Of a DNA stretch of 64,000 nucleotides, positions 39,258-52,155 are shown one piece after another; position 1 is the stretch's first letter, and every line of letters starts with the position of its first letter. Source of the DNA: Rhodosorus marinus CCMP1338 (taxonomy: Eukaryota; Plantae; Rhodophyta); NCBI GenBank assembly GCA_029953675.1, contig JAMWBK010000003.1, positions 1,674,001-1,738,000 of the forward strand. The letters are read 5' to 3'. The translations under genes were made by a program, and so were the position numbers. The notes under the pieces are model-generated. The model saw only the letters and a list, made by a program, of their open reading frames with translations. It did no database searches and was not told the origin of the DNA.

Positions 39258-40669
39258 CAGGCTCTATACGTAGAAACCCCTACAACCACGGCGCCCCCCC
39301 ACCCCACCCCACCGGAAAACTCACTCACTTAAAAAGCCACTTCCAAACCCCCCCAAAAAAATCTCCACCTAAAGTCCTCTTTAAAAACCACACGTTTCCT
39401 TTTCGATTTGTTACTCTAAGATTCCCTCACCGCAGCAGTTCCACCTTGTCCTCGATGAAAGACTTCCCCCCTTTAAATCTCCTCTCTCTCATTCTCTCTC
39501 TTCTCCATTGTGCGTCATCCATCAGACGTAAAAAAAAATAAAAAAAACTCCGCTAAAACGAAAACACGATACAACCTGAACAAAAAATACAAACAAATAA
39601 GAAATTGAAGGCTGCAATTTTTTGATGCAATAAAAACTCCGCACGACCATTCCAGAGCAATTCACATTTCTCAAATATTTTTTAAAGGACGAAAATCTCC
39701 ATTAGACGTGAAACGCGAATCGCTAGGATATCAAACTGGTGATCAGAATGCAGGACAGGCTGTCTTTCATAGTGGACATGAAGTAATGGATTTATTTCTT
39801 CCGGTAGATGGTGACAGGCTGTCTTTTAGAACTTTGGAGATTGAGTTATGGATTGAGTATTCCTTTTTTGGGAAGGATTTTGGGACAAGGCTTAGCTGTG
39901 GACGTGGTGATGGGACGGAATTTGGATTCAGTGACGACATAGTTCTTGGTATTGATTTCTTGGAAGTCGGGTGGGGGAGTGGAGAGGTGGTAGGAGGTGG
40001 TTTAGTAACAATTAGGTCGTTATATTCCTTCATCTGTGGGGATCGGCCTATGCTTTGAACTGAGCAGGGGCCGGTTTAATTTGGTTGTAAGGATTTTTTT
40101 GTTTTGGTGGGTTTTAGGGAGGTGGGGGAGGTCCTTTTCCAGGATTGGCAAGCGGATGGGCAAAAGCCAAGTTTTTTCTTGTGACGTGGCGACAAAAATG
40201 ACCCTGGTTAGAGTGACACCCCGCTCTCGTAGGTATGCTGCGGCATGCGTGTCCACCAGGGCTCCCAGCTCTAAGAGCGTTCCATTGGGAGGTGGAGTCA
40301 TTGGCTTTTACTCTCCACAGAGGAGATACGTTCACTGCTAGAGGATGGGTTGTTATTGTTTTTGTTCCGTTGGACCCTGTCTTGCCTCGGACATTATCCG
40401 ATCTACATCAAAGCCACCACACCTATGCCTGAGCTCCTGGTACTTGCTTTCTCGGCGCGGCAGAAACATTCTGCCGTCATTACCGCCTCCTAATTTACAG
40501 ACACCGGACGAGGGAAATCCATATCACTGTAGATGACTTTTAATTCTCATTTTTCTCAACAGACGCAAATTACAAGGAAAGGAAGCTCGTTCCGACTGCG
40601 GAGCTCCTTCCTACTCAAGATCACATTTCCAAACGGCTTGTTGTGATACTTCTCAACACTCTCCACTAC

Positions 40670-42538
40670 CTAGGCACCGACCTGGCGATGCGACACAACT
40701 GGTAGCTTGTGTTCCAAACGGTCCTTCCCAAGGATTGACGACAAATCGTGCGTTTCGCTCTCTTGGGGTTGCTCAATCACCTCTTCCTCTGGGGCGGGCT
40801 CTTCCCCAGGGGCAGGCGGGTAAATACCGTGCAACTCATCGTACACGTCGTTGGTAACTTCTGCAATTCTGTCCCACGAAAATTGGAAAGCAGCTTTCAC
40901 TCTTCCTCTTTCTCCCATGTACCGACCGTGATCAAAGTTGGCAAAGATGCTTCCAACTCCCCAGGCAATTCCATCAGCATTGGCATCCACGACATAACCT
41001 ACAAACAAAAGCGGGCTGGGTTGGTGAAAAGTTCCTCGGAGCTTCTTTTTTGGGCGCTGAGTTGGACTCATCCTCACCATCGTTGTCATGCCAGACAAAC
41101 TCACGCGGACCGCCATTCTTCGTTACAACGACCGGCTTCTTTGCGGCCCAAGCCTCCAAGGTCACAATACCGAACGGTTCGTTGCGGCTGGGGATGCACA
41201 CCACGTCAGTTGCCTTGAATAAATCAATCAATGGCTGTCCTTTCATAGAGCCGACAAACTTCACGTTGTTACCGACGCCTTGTTCATTGCAACGCGACAG
41301 CAGGCCATCTTTCATGTAGCCATCACCGACCATAATGAACTTCGCATCCGGGCGGGAAGCAAGCAACTATTCACGTGTTTAAAGGTAGAACAACGGAGTC
41401 AGAATACCGCACGAACAAAGCAGACTGGGGTCAACATTAATAACCTCACCATCGGAATAGCTTCCACAAGAATATCTGGTCCCTTCTGCGTGGCCATCCG
41501 TCCTACGAAGAGCACCATTGGATCCATCGGACCAACTCCATACTGCGATCGCACGTGGCCTACGTCCCATAATTCACCATCGTACGGAAGGCATTCAATG
41601 CCATTGTACACTCTTCTCAGGTTCGGCCAGTGGAACCCATAGTGGTCTTTGATTTCGTCGCAGAGGACTCCGGATACGCCGATGACTCTATCCGCAACAT
41701 CGATAGCTTCCCCTTCAAGACTCCTTATCCTCGCTGACTGTCCTCCATACGTGTTGTTTCCGCAGCGTCCGTACTCTGTCGAATGTACAGTAAATATACA
41801 CTTTCTGTTGTGATGACGCTTGATGTTAATCAGTGCAGGTGCTGCAAGCCAGTCGTGGGCATGGACGATGTCAAATTGCTGGCCCATGAAGCCCTCGGTT
41901 TCGAAGAACGAATGGACCATAGCATTGCACTACAGAGGGGGGCGAGCAAGACGCAATTGTTACTCATCCAGTTCTTGACTCAGCTCGAAGACAGGTAGCG
42001 CGAAAAAAAAATCATAAGAACTTACCATGTTATTGATTTCGTTGACAAAATCGTTGTCCTGGCCAAAGTTGATTCGGTGAACATGCACTCCATCAATAAG
42101 CTCGTAGTGGGGCTGGCCGCCTCCGGCTCGAACAAAAACATGCACCTCGTGTCCTCTTCTCTCCAAAGCGGCAGATAGGTTAGTCAAATGCGGCGCGACA
42201 CCGCCAACAGCAACCGAATGCAAGGATTCCCACGCAAACATGGCTATCTTGTAGGCCTTGGGTGCCTGCGGGATCTTGGCAGCTTCATCGAAGTCCGACT
42301 CGGCAGCTTCCACCTTGTATACATCCTCTGTCTTCACCTACGGAACAAATAACAGTTTTAAGTATAAGAACAAACTCACGAAAATAAATATAAGCCACCC
42401 CAAATTCCAACGCGGGAGAGCTCGTACGTCGTCGTCTCTCACCTCTGCGATGGCCGTCTCCTCCACCATTGTCACGAGGTCCTCCACATTCTTCGACATA
42501 TCGTGCTTCAAAACCGCCCTGCTCGCCATGCTCGTCAT
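40670..42538 (-). CDS. GT-B glycosyltransferase family 4 (archaeal/bacterial glycogen-cluster-like type); 4 exons
   Basis: KIAMFAWESLHSVAVGGVAPH..ALERRGHEVHVF, DIVHAHDW, FTVHSTEYGR, LFVGRMATQKGPDILVEA, PSRNEPFGIVTLEAW, FSWDRIA. Confidence 0.9.
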
Positions 42539-45500
42539 ACTCACCAAACCACTCTCGGTCAAAAAACCACCTCCAAACCCAATAAAACAAGTATCTCTAC
42601 CTCCTCAAGCACTAAAACTCTTACACTTAACCCCGAAAGCACATCTCACCCTACACCTTCTTGCCTCCACCTCCCCCTCACCTCACACATCCCACTAAAC
42701 TCTATATCGCTCCGTGTGCTGCCATACTACCCACAGAAAACCACTCCACCCCCCGCCCAAAAAAAAAACCCTCTCCCGAAGCCAATATACACAACACTTG
42801 CTACCAACCCTAGAAAAAGAGTACCCAGCGAAAAAAATCCCCCAAAATCCCAAGGAATTAAAACAAGCAAATCTCAAACGCCGTCTCATTGAAAAATCGA
42901 CCTTCTCGATAAACCCTATCCCAACTTCTTTCATCCTCCATATCAAATTTCAGATGATTTTCCTCCCATTTCATCTCCTTCATTCGAAAACATCATATTC
43001 ATTTCACCCCCCTTATCAGATCTCCGTGGTTTGTGTGTGTGTGTGTTTTTTGCCCTGAGCATTTTTCCCATTGAATGTTTACCTCAACTTGGGTTTTTTT
43101 GGCCCAATAATTTCTTTCACCAATACACAATCCAATTTTCTCGTGCTTTTTTCGTAGTTGGACCTTTTTTAAAAAAATATATTTTATTTCTTTTTCTCCA
43201 TCACCAGGCTCCTCGCGTCCCAACTCCCATGCTCCAGCCACAGCGCTTCCAGAAAAACAGAAAATTTCAAAATAACATATCCAATCGCATGCTTCTAACA
43301 ATGATCACATGACGGTTCTAGACCTCACAGGCAATCTCAATTAACCATTGGATAAACTATATTTCCTTAGGACACGTGTTGATTATTTATTTAATGTCAT
43401 TCGAATCTTTAATGGCGGATTGATAATACTCGGCAAACGATTGTTTTCCGCCCTTCATATAAACCCATCTCCCCCACGTGAAATAAATTCATTCTTTCAT
43501 ATAAAACGGGGAGCTCCTCCATATCTAGGGTTTCCGAATAGGTTTTTTTAATTGACCACGTCTATCGTGTGTTTTTTTAACTCTCTGCAAAAAATAATAA
43601 TGACTGACTTCATGACATTGAGAGAAGGAAAATCGTACTTGGTGAGGAATTTCAATCGTTCTTGTTTTTTGGTTGTTTTCTGGTTTGGAGAGACAGAGAG
43701 AGGTCTGTAATTTTTTAAAATCGCAGTTTGAATTGTTTTCAAAAATAAAATATTTTTCGTATCCATCAAGCGGTTGACAGGTCTCCGGCTCTCCTCGCCT
43801 CACAACGAGGGTTTTCAATCGTGGGATTGAAATGTAAAGAATGAATAACTGAAATAAACTGTTGCAATGCAATCAAAATATTTGACGTAAGAGATTTCAT
43901 TGGTTTATAAATTTTCATCCGGGAATACTATGAAATCGGATTTAATTTATAACGGTCTAATGTTCCGGGGCTTGAAAATCGGATTTAATCTCCACACTGG
44001 GAGAATCTAAATCCCTGGTCGTGGAATGATTTCATTGGATTAAAAGATTTACGTATTATCGGTTGCTGTGGAGTTATTAAAAGAAAACAAAAAATGTGTA
44101 ACAAAACAGCCCGAATCATGGCGAGTAGCTATATGACTGGTCAAAAGAAATTATCCATTATTACTATTTCTTAGAATTACAGTCCAGTTGACATGGAATG
44201 AATGTTCTCTCCATCGATCATTGACGGGGGAGGGGAGAGCTGTTGTCCCACTTTCTTGTCCCATACGTTTGTCCCACGCGGTACAGTCGTTTTCGCCCGG
44301 TCGTTTGTGATGCTTGGTTGGTTGGTTGGTTGGTTTTGGCGAAAGGTTCGCGAATTCAGCATGTGGTGTATCACCTGGAAGTACTATGCAGTATGTAGCT
44401 TAGTTTTTTTCAGGTTGGCCTCAGGCCAACGTAGATAAATCTTCCAATCGTTTCCTAGTGCGTACAACGTTCCACGTGGAAGGAAAACACTCGAAGGGCA
44501 TGAAGCGATGCGATGCTTCATTGCCTTTTATCATAACACAAGCACTTTGTATATATGTAGTGCGCTTGTAACGCTTGTAATCGAGGAATCTCCGCGAGCG
44601 GGTTACTGTCCCCCCTTCACCACACGCTCTCGTACTGCAATGTAGGTCCCCGGCATGACCTATAGGAACACTTTAGCTGAATACAGAACATTTGGTTGTT
44701 CAAAAAGTCAGACATGTACCAGCTGGAGTTTGTTTGGCTAGTATCAGTACAAAACTGCCAGTTTCTTCTATACCTTGGCTGAGACTATCATCCCTCTCCC
44801 GAGAGCATAAGGGAAGGGAGCCTGCCAGAAGAAATCTTGCCTTGAGATGCCCACCCGTCGTCCTTACTCCCCAAGAACTTGCCAGCCCTAAGCGCAACTG
44901 TTAATGACCCCAGTTTCGTTTTCAAGAGTCCTGATGTATTTTACCGATAGAGACCCGGGAGACCGTAAAAAGTTATCATATCTGGCAGACCATCAAGTGG
45001 AAAATATCGGGACAACCGAACACAACAGCCAAGCGCGAAAGTACAGAGCCGGCACTCAAACCAGGGAAAGGCTTCGAAAAAAAACGAAAATGAATTGGGC
45101 TCCCCCTTGAGACTTAAATCAATCACTGTCGATGTCGAGTTGCCAATTTTTACATGTTCTCCTCGGCTGACCCACAACATGCCAATGTAATCTGCCCGCA
45201 GATTTAGCTTTGGGCACTATCCAGGCACACAGACTTCCGGCACTTATATCTGGGGTAGACGCTCATCGACAACGTATCTTAACCCGACTCATGGATCTCA
45301 GAGCGGTGCGAAACAACTTGGCCAAAACCTCTTATGACTCGTCTTCAGAGAATTCGTGAGAGGACCAGTCCGCCGCTAAGGCATTGTAGCGCCTGTGGGA
45401 AATAAAGAAACCCAGACTTAAAAAAAAGAGGAACACTGGGTAAGAAGTAGATTGACAGCGAAGGAGTGGGAGACGCGAATACAGAAAATCAAGCTTTCCG

Positions 45501-46020
45501 GCTCCGTGTTTCCGGCTCTAAACGCGTCGCTTCTCGTCCGTTCAGATACATTCCAAGCCTGTCTTAGCGGTGTTCAGTATTGCCGAGAAGAACTGTCCAG
45601 TTTAGTAGAAAAGTGTCTTAGGGAGAGCTCGGTCATTCCAGAGCCAGCTTGTCCTTGCTTCGGACAAGATGGAAAACCATGGTAACCAGTGGCCAGCAAA
45701 CTGTCCTTGTGATACTGAGGACGTTGTGCCGGTGTTGCTCATATGCCTTCCCGTTGTCCGAACGCGGTGAGATCAGATTCTGTCACGTTATCATAACTTA
45801 TGATTCACAAACCTGTCCTAAAACCTATCCCACGGCTTGTATTGATAAGGTCCTTGCATGACTTTTCAACTGGTCAAGGCGGCATTGCTATGAGCAGAAG
45901 TTGCTAGCTTGATTAGATCAGCTGGACTTGGGCTTTGTTGAGCGGACTATTGCTCAATTGACTGGGAGCTACGGATGGTGGTCCAGGGGTTGAAAAGCAT
46001 CAAGATGTGATCATTGGACA

Positions 46021-47253
46021 ATGACGACGTTCGTATCATCAAAGTGGGCGAGGGTTGCCGAAAAGGTAACCGTCAGTAAGATGACAAGACCACGATCTCC
46101 GCTGGTGTACTCGCCAGAGTACTCCGTGCAATCATGGCCGAGAGAACATCGATTCGTTATGTCGAAGTTTCACGATCTCGCAGAATCTCTCCGAGAGGAT
46201 GGCTACCTCACGGGGCCTCATGTTCACGTACCGGAGTACCCTTCTGAATCCTTGATTGAGAGAGTACACGACCCCGGATATGTAAGAGCCTTCAACAACG
46301 GTACTTTAGACGATAAGAACCTTCGGGAGATTGGGTTCAGAGGTCTCTGGAGTCCTGAGCTGGTTCGACGGACGAATCTCGAGGTTGCTGGAACGGTCCT
46401 TGCAGCAGAACTTGCTCTGGAGAGGGGTCTCGCGTGCAACCTTGGCGGTAAGTGTAGATCGCAACATACATTTAAGCAAATCGGATCGGCTGAGGTGGGT
46501 GAACTGCTCGTTCCCGTAGGAGGGACTCACCATGCACATCGAGATCGAGGATCTGGATTCACCATATTCAATGACCTCGCCGTTGCAGCTGTTGCTTTAC
46601 TCGACAAGGGCGTGGACAGGGTTCTAATATGCGACCTTGACGTCCACCAAGGAGGTGAGTTGTTGTAGCAGCACCGCATCATGCCCTTTCCGCTAAGAGG
46701 AGGTACCCCATGTCTGTTCTACAGATGGTACAGCGTCGATATTTGAGGAAAGACCAGAAGTCTGTACATTCTCAATGCACTGCCAATCCAACTTTCCATT
46801 CCGCAAGATTCAATCGACACTCGATATCGGACTTGAGGATGGTGTCGGTGATGAAGAATACCTTCGAATTCTGAAGGACCAGCTTCCGTTTGTACTGAAA
46901 GCCTTCCAACCGGAGTTTGTCCTGTATGACGCTGGGGTGGATCCGCACGTGGGTGCGTATCTTTTCCCAGCCGCATAGAACGATTTTCCAGGGAAATTCT
47001 GCGAGTTAACCAGTTAGGTTTTCGATCTACAGATGACGAACTTGGAAAACTCAACCTGACAGACGATGGTCTCTTCGCGAGGGATGTCTTTGTCATAACC
47101 GAATGTCTAAGCAGAGGGATGCCTGTTGCAGGGGTAATAGGCGGCGGATACCATCGGGATAGGCGTGTCCTCGGACGTCGCCATTCTATACTGCATCGCG
47201 CAGCAGAGGCGGTTTGGGAACAGCAGTCAATAGCTTCGAAATCATGGGCTTAA
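46021..47253 (+). CDS. Zn-dependent histone-deacetylase-family protein (class IV/bacterial-like), probable plastid transit peptide; 4 exons
   Basis: HRFVMSKF, RVHDPGYV, NLG|GGTHHA..GSGFTIFND, DLDVHQG|DGTA, LYDAGVDPH, IGGGY. The N-terminus is MTTFVSS. Confidence 0.92.
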
Positions 47254-48557
47254 CACAGCTGGTGCCCAAATTGTTCGGCTTCAGTTGGCTGGTCCTTTCG
47301 ATCCAACTCGAGGCCAGAAGTTTGGACAACTGTGATCCAGTTCTCACCCGTTAGCGTTGACTACCCACCAATGGCAACAGCAGAAGGCCACCAGGCTTCG
47401 TACTGTTCTCCTCTGAAGCTAGTATTCTCGCTATAATCTACCCAGAAAGGCAAACGTGGATGAGCCTGAGATTCCGGAATGTCTCTCAAAACGAGGAGTC
47501 GTTTCCTTCCCCTCCCCTCAGCTTCGAGAAAACAGCAGACGACCACTAGTTTTGCCAACTGACTGCCTTTTGCCCGACACCACTTAAGTCATGAAACGGC
47601 TCTTGGCGGTGCTCGTAAGAGGGGTTCTTCAAGAAACTATAGATCCAGGACGGTTTTCTTGTTCAGCGCTTGCTGAAGTCGTCGGCCGACTGGACCGACT
47701 GGAGCCACCTAGTCATAGAGAGACAGTCAGAGTAGGTAGATACCGAGTAGGGCGAGACATACGAAACGCGCATCATTTATTCGTCAATAAGGCGACTAGA
47801 TGGTTTGAAACCTATGGCCTTGACAGAGGAACCTTATAGTTGAAGCGTTCAGAGAACACCCAATGGAACTAATGACGCAACATGTGCGTATCAAGAGCAT
47901 CAAGAGTGACAGTGGCGCGCCCTTAGTACCAGAGGTCAGTTTGTTTCAAACAGAAATCAATTCTAGTAAACACAGCTTTGGCTTCGACTAGCTCTCAGAC
48001 TAGCTCTTCTCCAGCCTTAGCAATAAGCGTCACCACTTTGCCAAAAGTCGATTTCAATTTGCGATGGTGTGTTAGTGGCAAAGCTTAGATGACTTCGTCA
48101 GTCCCTTTGGTAGAGGGATGAAACCTGTGATCCTGAACTGTACTTGCAAGAAGCTTACCAATATGAGTAGATTGTACATATCCAGTCCATCATCAACACA
48201 GCTGAAGCCGTCCAAGAAGGGTTAAGAAGTCAAGCGTTTGGAGGGTTTTCAGAGAAAGCTTGGCGACGAAGAGGGATAGATATATGGTCTGCTGGCCTGA
48301 CTGAAGCTTTTGCTGGTATGTAGAATGCAATGAAAGAGATGCGTTTTTAAGCTTTATCGCCCTCGATCGAGAAGGCTTGCTTAACGTTTTCAAAGCAAGT
48401 CGGAGAAGAAAGCATGCGAAAGAGAGAATTTTTGAGTCGAAAAGCTGTTTTCTTCGTTGAAGATTTTCCTTAAATGTGAGGTTTGAAGAAGAAGCAGAGA
48501 GACGGTAGCTTGTAATCTGTGTTTGACACCCGGGTTTCCAGGTTGTGCCCCACATTG

Positions 48558-51500
48558 ATGTTGAGCTTGATTGGACCTGGTGGGAGACTGATAGTCTGCA
48601 ATCGTGTACGTGAAGTATCTACCTCTGATTCTGCACTATGCTTTTAGACTCAAAGACGCTGTGTTTTCAATGAGCTCGAACTCAGAAGACCTACCAACAG
48701 ACATCAGTGCTCGCTGTAACTGACCGCTTACGCTTTGTGTTAGGCCTGGAGAGGATGTGCTTCGCTATCGACTGTTTCCAAAGCTGCCAATGATGGCCGA
48801 TATACTAAAGGGTCACCTAGCATCGAACAGAGCCGGGAGTTGCTAAGCAAACTCAGGAGAACACGCCTGAAGATTGTCCAAAGTTTGACGGACCGACGCA
48901 AAGCCAGCGACCCACGGTTCGTCGCTGCTGCGCTCTCTGTAAGCTTTTCTTCAGCCCACCGGACGAAACCCACCAAGCGAAAACCGCAAAACGTCGTCTC
49001 ATTTAGGTCTACCTCGTAGATCTCTAAAAAGTCTCTGCAAGAGAAGAAAGAGTCGATTCTCGGTTCGTTGTGGTATCCGTTTTCTGAGCAAGAACCGTGC
49101 TGAAATTATTCTTTCAGGCTTGGTTCGGTTCTGATCAGAGTCCGAACAAGGTGGAGCTCATCCTACTGTGTGAACGACTGACTTCAGAAGGCGTGCGGCT
49201 GGACATAACTCTGCTTCGAGAAATTGTCAAACTATTTAAAGGCAGTATTGAGAGCCTGGAAACGGTAAACCCCGGACATCAATTTCCCGACCTGAGAAGC
49301 AGTTGCGACGTCTCGCTCAGAGCCAATTGTCGTATTTCGAAATGAATCCTTAGGCTCTGAAAATAAACGCTGCGTCCGCGAGCGAAGGGAATAGAGCGGT
49401 CAACAGCCTGATCATCGCATTGGTTGATAGCGGAAGGCGAGATGAGGCCTTTCTCGTTGCTGAGAACTGTACTTACGTGACGGGGTTTGCCCGGCAGAAG
49501 CTTGACAGGCCAGGTTCGCTAGTTGCACAAACTTTTTGACGAATACGAATTCTGCAGCATGAGCGTCGAGGCCAACGCATGAAGGACATGATGTGACATG
49601 ATCTCTGAACAGTAATCTAATCGCAATTATATTCTCGTCCTAATCTGTCAGACCGAGATCACGATCAGCAATGTCGTGGCCTGGAGAAATCGATTCTCAA
49701 CCATCTGAAGAAGGGCAACTTGGAAGCAGCCAGTACGGACTTGAAAAAAATGGACGGGCTTCGTCAAGGTCCATCGGATGATGTCCTTGCTGATCTCTCT
49801 TGGGCGTATTTACACAGAGGGAGCAAGTTAGAAGCGATGCAACTGTTCAAGAGAATCAAAACCCCGAGAATGGCATTGCTCATTAGTCTCATGTCGAAAT
49901 TCGGTGCGGAAAGAAACCTCCCAGCTTGTGAGGAGCTCTTTTCCTACTCGAAGGTATTGAGCTTCCCTTTACTAGATCTAATCCACGTTGGAAGCATTGC
50001 AGAAGAAACGCTGATGGGCTGGTTCGATGCTGGTGATGGTAATGCTTTGTACTCGCAGAACAACCCCAGGGCAGTAGATATTCTAGTAGAGGTCCTGATG
50101 GCCTTAGGAGAGCTTAATGAAGCTCGCCGACTGCTGGATACTTTGTTGAACGGCAAAATCCCGCCTTCAGGAAGAAGCTTCGGGAGAGTCATTGTAAAGC
50201 TGTGCAAAGCAAACGACTTGGAAGGCGCGTATTCTGTTTTCCTCAACATGCGATCCTTGCAGATGTATGACCCTAAGGCGTATGTATCGCTTGCTGGTCT
50301 GCTGAGACGAAGGCATCGAATGAAAGGTAACCTGAACGCGACAGGGACAAACGACTCCGTTCACTGCTAACCAGTCGAACCATTTGCACGCCTGAATCTG
50401 CGAAATATTGGATAGATGCATTCAAGCTTTCTGATGAGCTCACGAGCATCTACCCGAGCAGTACATTTTCGTACAACTGCCTCCTGGATAACTTGCTTGC
50501 GTCGAACAATCCCGTCCAGCACAGACGAGCTCTTAGGGTGTTCGAGGAGATGGCAAGGAAAAAAATTCCGCCAACTGACTCCGTTTACGCGGGTAGGGAG
50601 ATCACAACTAGCGACTTTTGGAGAACTATGGCTGATGGCGGTATCCTCCCCTCGTCCAGCTGTTATCAAGGCACATGGGAAGCTGCACAACAAGACCGAG
50701 TGTTACAGGTTCATGGAAGAAGCGTTTAAGTGTAATGGAATAGGTGTACCGATTGCATCCTTCAACTCTCTCATGTTTGCACTGGGAGAAATGGGAGATC
50801 TAGAAGGTAATAGATTCCCTGCGGCCCTTTTCGGCAACCTTGGAACCGCTAATAGTTGTCACTTGCTCCATACAGACGCGTACAGGCTCGTGGTCAGCAA
50901 CAGCTGGGTGGAGCCAGATGATGTATCATATAGCATTGTCATAAGGTGAGTCTTCGGCCCAGAGGATGAGGAGCAAGGTGCAACCCCAGAGACTCATGAC
51001 CACGGTTCTTTCTTTTTGAAGGTGCCTGGCGAAGGGAGGGAGGCTGCATGAGGCAGAGGAGCTGCTCGAGAGTCAAAGCACTAGAGGTCGAGGGACGTTC
51101 GAGCATGAGTATCTTGCCTTGATGACCAATTATGCGAATGTAAGAGCGATCTACATGTGTAGAGTGGCGCAGTCGCGATTCTCTTACGTCGTCGTGATAT
51201 TAAGCAGGCGGGCGATTTGTCTAAGGTCGAGAGCATGTTCAGGAGATTGCTGGCGAGGAGCAAGCCATCGGCGACTGCGTACAACTGTCTCATTAAGTCT
51301 TATATGCAGAACAATGACTTTGAAGGAGCAGAGAACGTCTTTCGTGAAATGAAGGAAGGTCCCGTCTTTCCGTCCGAACGTAAGCTGTCGTCTGCTCGGC
51401 ACTTCGAGCGGGAAAGCAAAGGCGATACTCAAAGTACTGAATGTTTTTCCGTGAGAAGGTACTTACCTGTCGATGATGAAGGGATACAACGAAGCTGGAA

Positions 51501-51945
51501 ACTACAAGGCAAGCCTTGAGATCTTCTTGGAGTTTTCATCAAACCGAGCTGCAACGATGCCAATGTTGGAGGAAGCAATTTTCGCAGCGTCGCAGAGTGG
51601 GAAGCACTTCTATGTCCTCAAGCTTTTTGAGGACCAGGTAACGAGGAGCCTGAACATCCTCGATCTCTGAGGGGGGGTTGTGCTGATTCTGGTTCGTACA
51701 TCCTAGTGCCTGGTACCATCGCAGAGGACGATCAAGCCATTGATGATTGCAGTTGCACAGTTTGTGGAGGGCAAAGAGTACGAGAAGTTTCGCTCAAGTA
51801 GTCAATGCTTGGCACAGCTAGGAAATAAGAGTACTGACCATCCTTTCGGTTGTGTTCTAGGTTTCAAAACCTGCTGCTCGAAATGTCCGAAAGAGAGTCC
51901 CCCAACTTTCTGCCGCGTAGAATAAGTTCACCGTGGACTTCTTGA
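48558..51945 (+). CDS. Pentatricopeptide-repeat (PPR) protein, probably mitochondrial; many exons
   Basis: PPR motifs include RSFGRVIVKLCKANDLEGAYSVFLNM, ASFNSLMFALGEMGDLEG and TAYNCLIKSYMQNNDFEGAENVFREM. The inferred start MLSLIGPGGRLIVCNR|AWRGCASLST is presequence-like. Ends are hand-inferred. Confidence 0.8.
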
Positions 51946-52155
51946 CTATTACAGCAACGTAATGTCATGCTCTTATATTAGTTATTGACTCGTTATTACA
52001 CGGCTGACCGAAAATATTTAAGGAAAAGGTGATCAATAGAATCCGAAGTTTTCACCTGAAATGTTCCCCGCCAATCAACATTGATCCGCCCAAGCTGGTA
52101 GGAACTGCAAGAGCTTAGCTGATCTCAGACTGTGGTTGGAGTTGAACTGTCTACC

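Noticed and set aside
39700-40550. Several 65-115-aa ORFs between ArsA and GT4
   Set aside because: Overlapping on both strands, with no motifs and no convincing splice model.
43000-45900. AT-rich region with short direct repeats (AAATCGGATTTAAT x2; TGTCCCA x3) and fragmentary ORFs
   Set aside because: No TIR, TSD or transposase motifs were identified, so it is treated as intergenic or decayed sequence.
47400-48500. Intron-like signals on - strand with in-frame TGA (selenoprotein idea)
   Set aside because: The putative exon has stops in all three frames, there is no CxxU/UxxC context, and no SECIS was seen.
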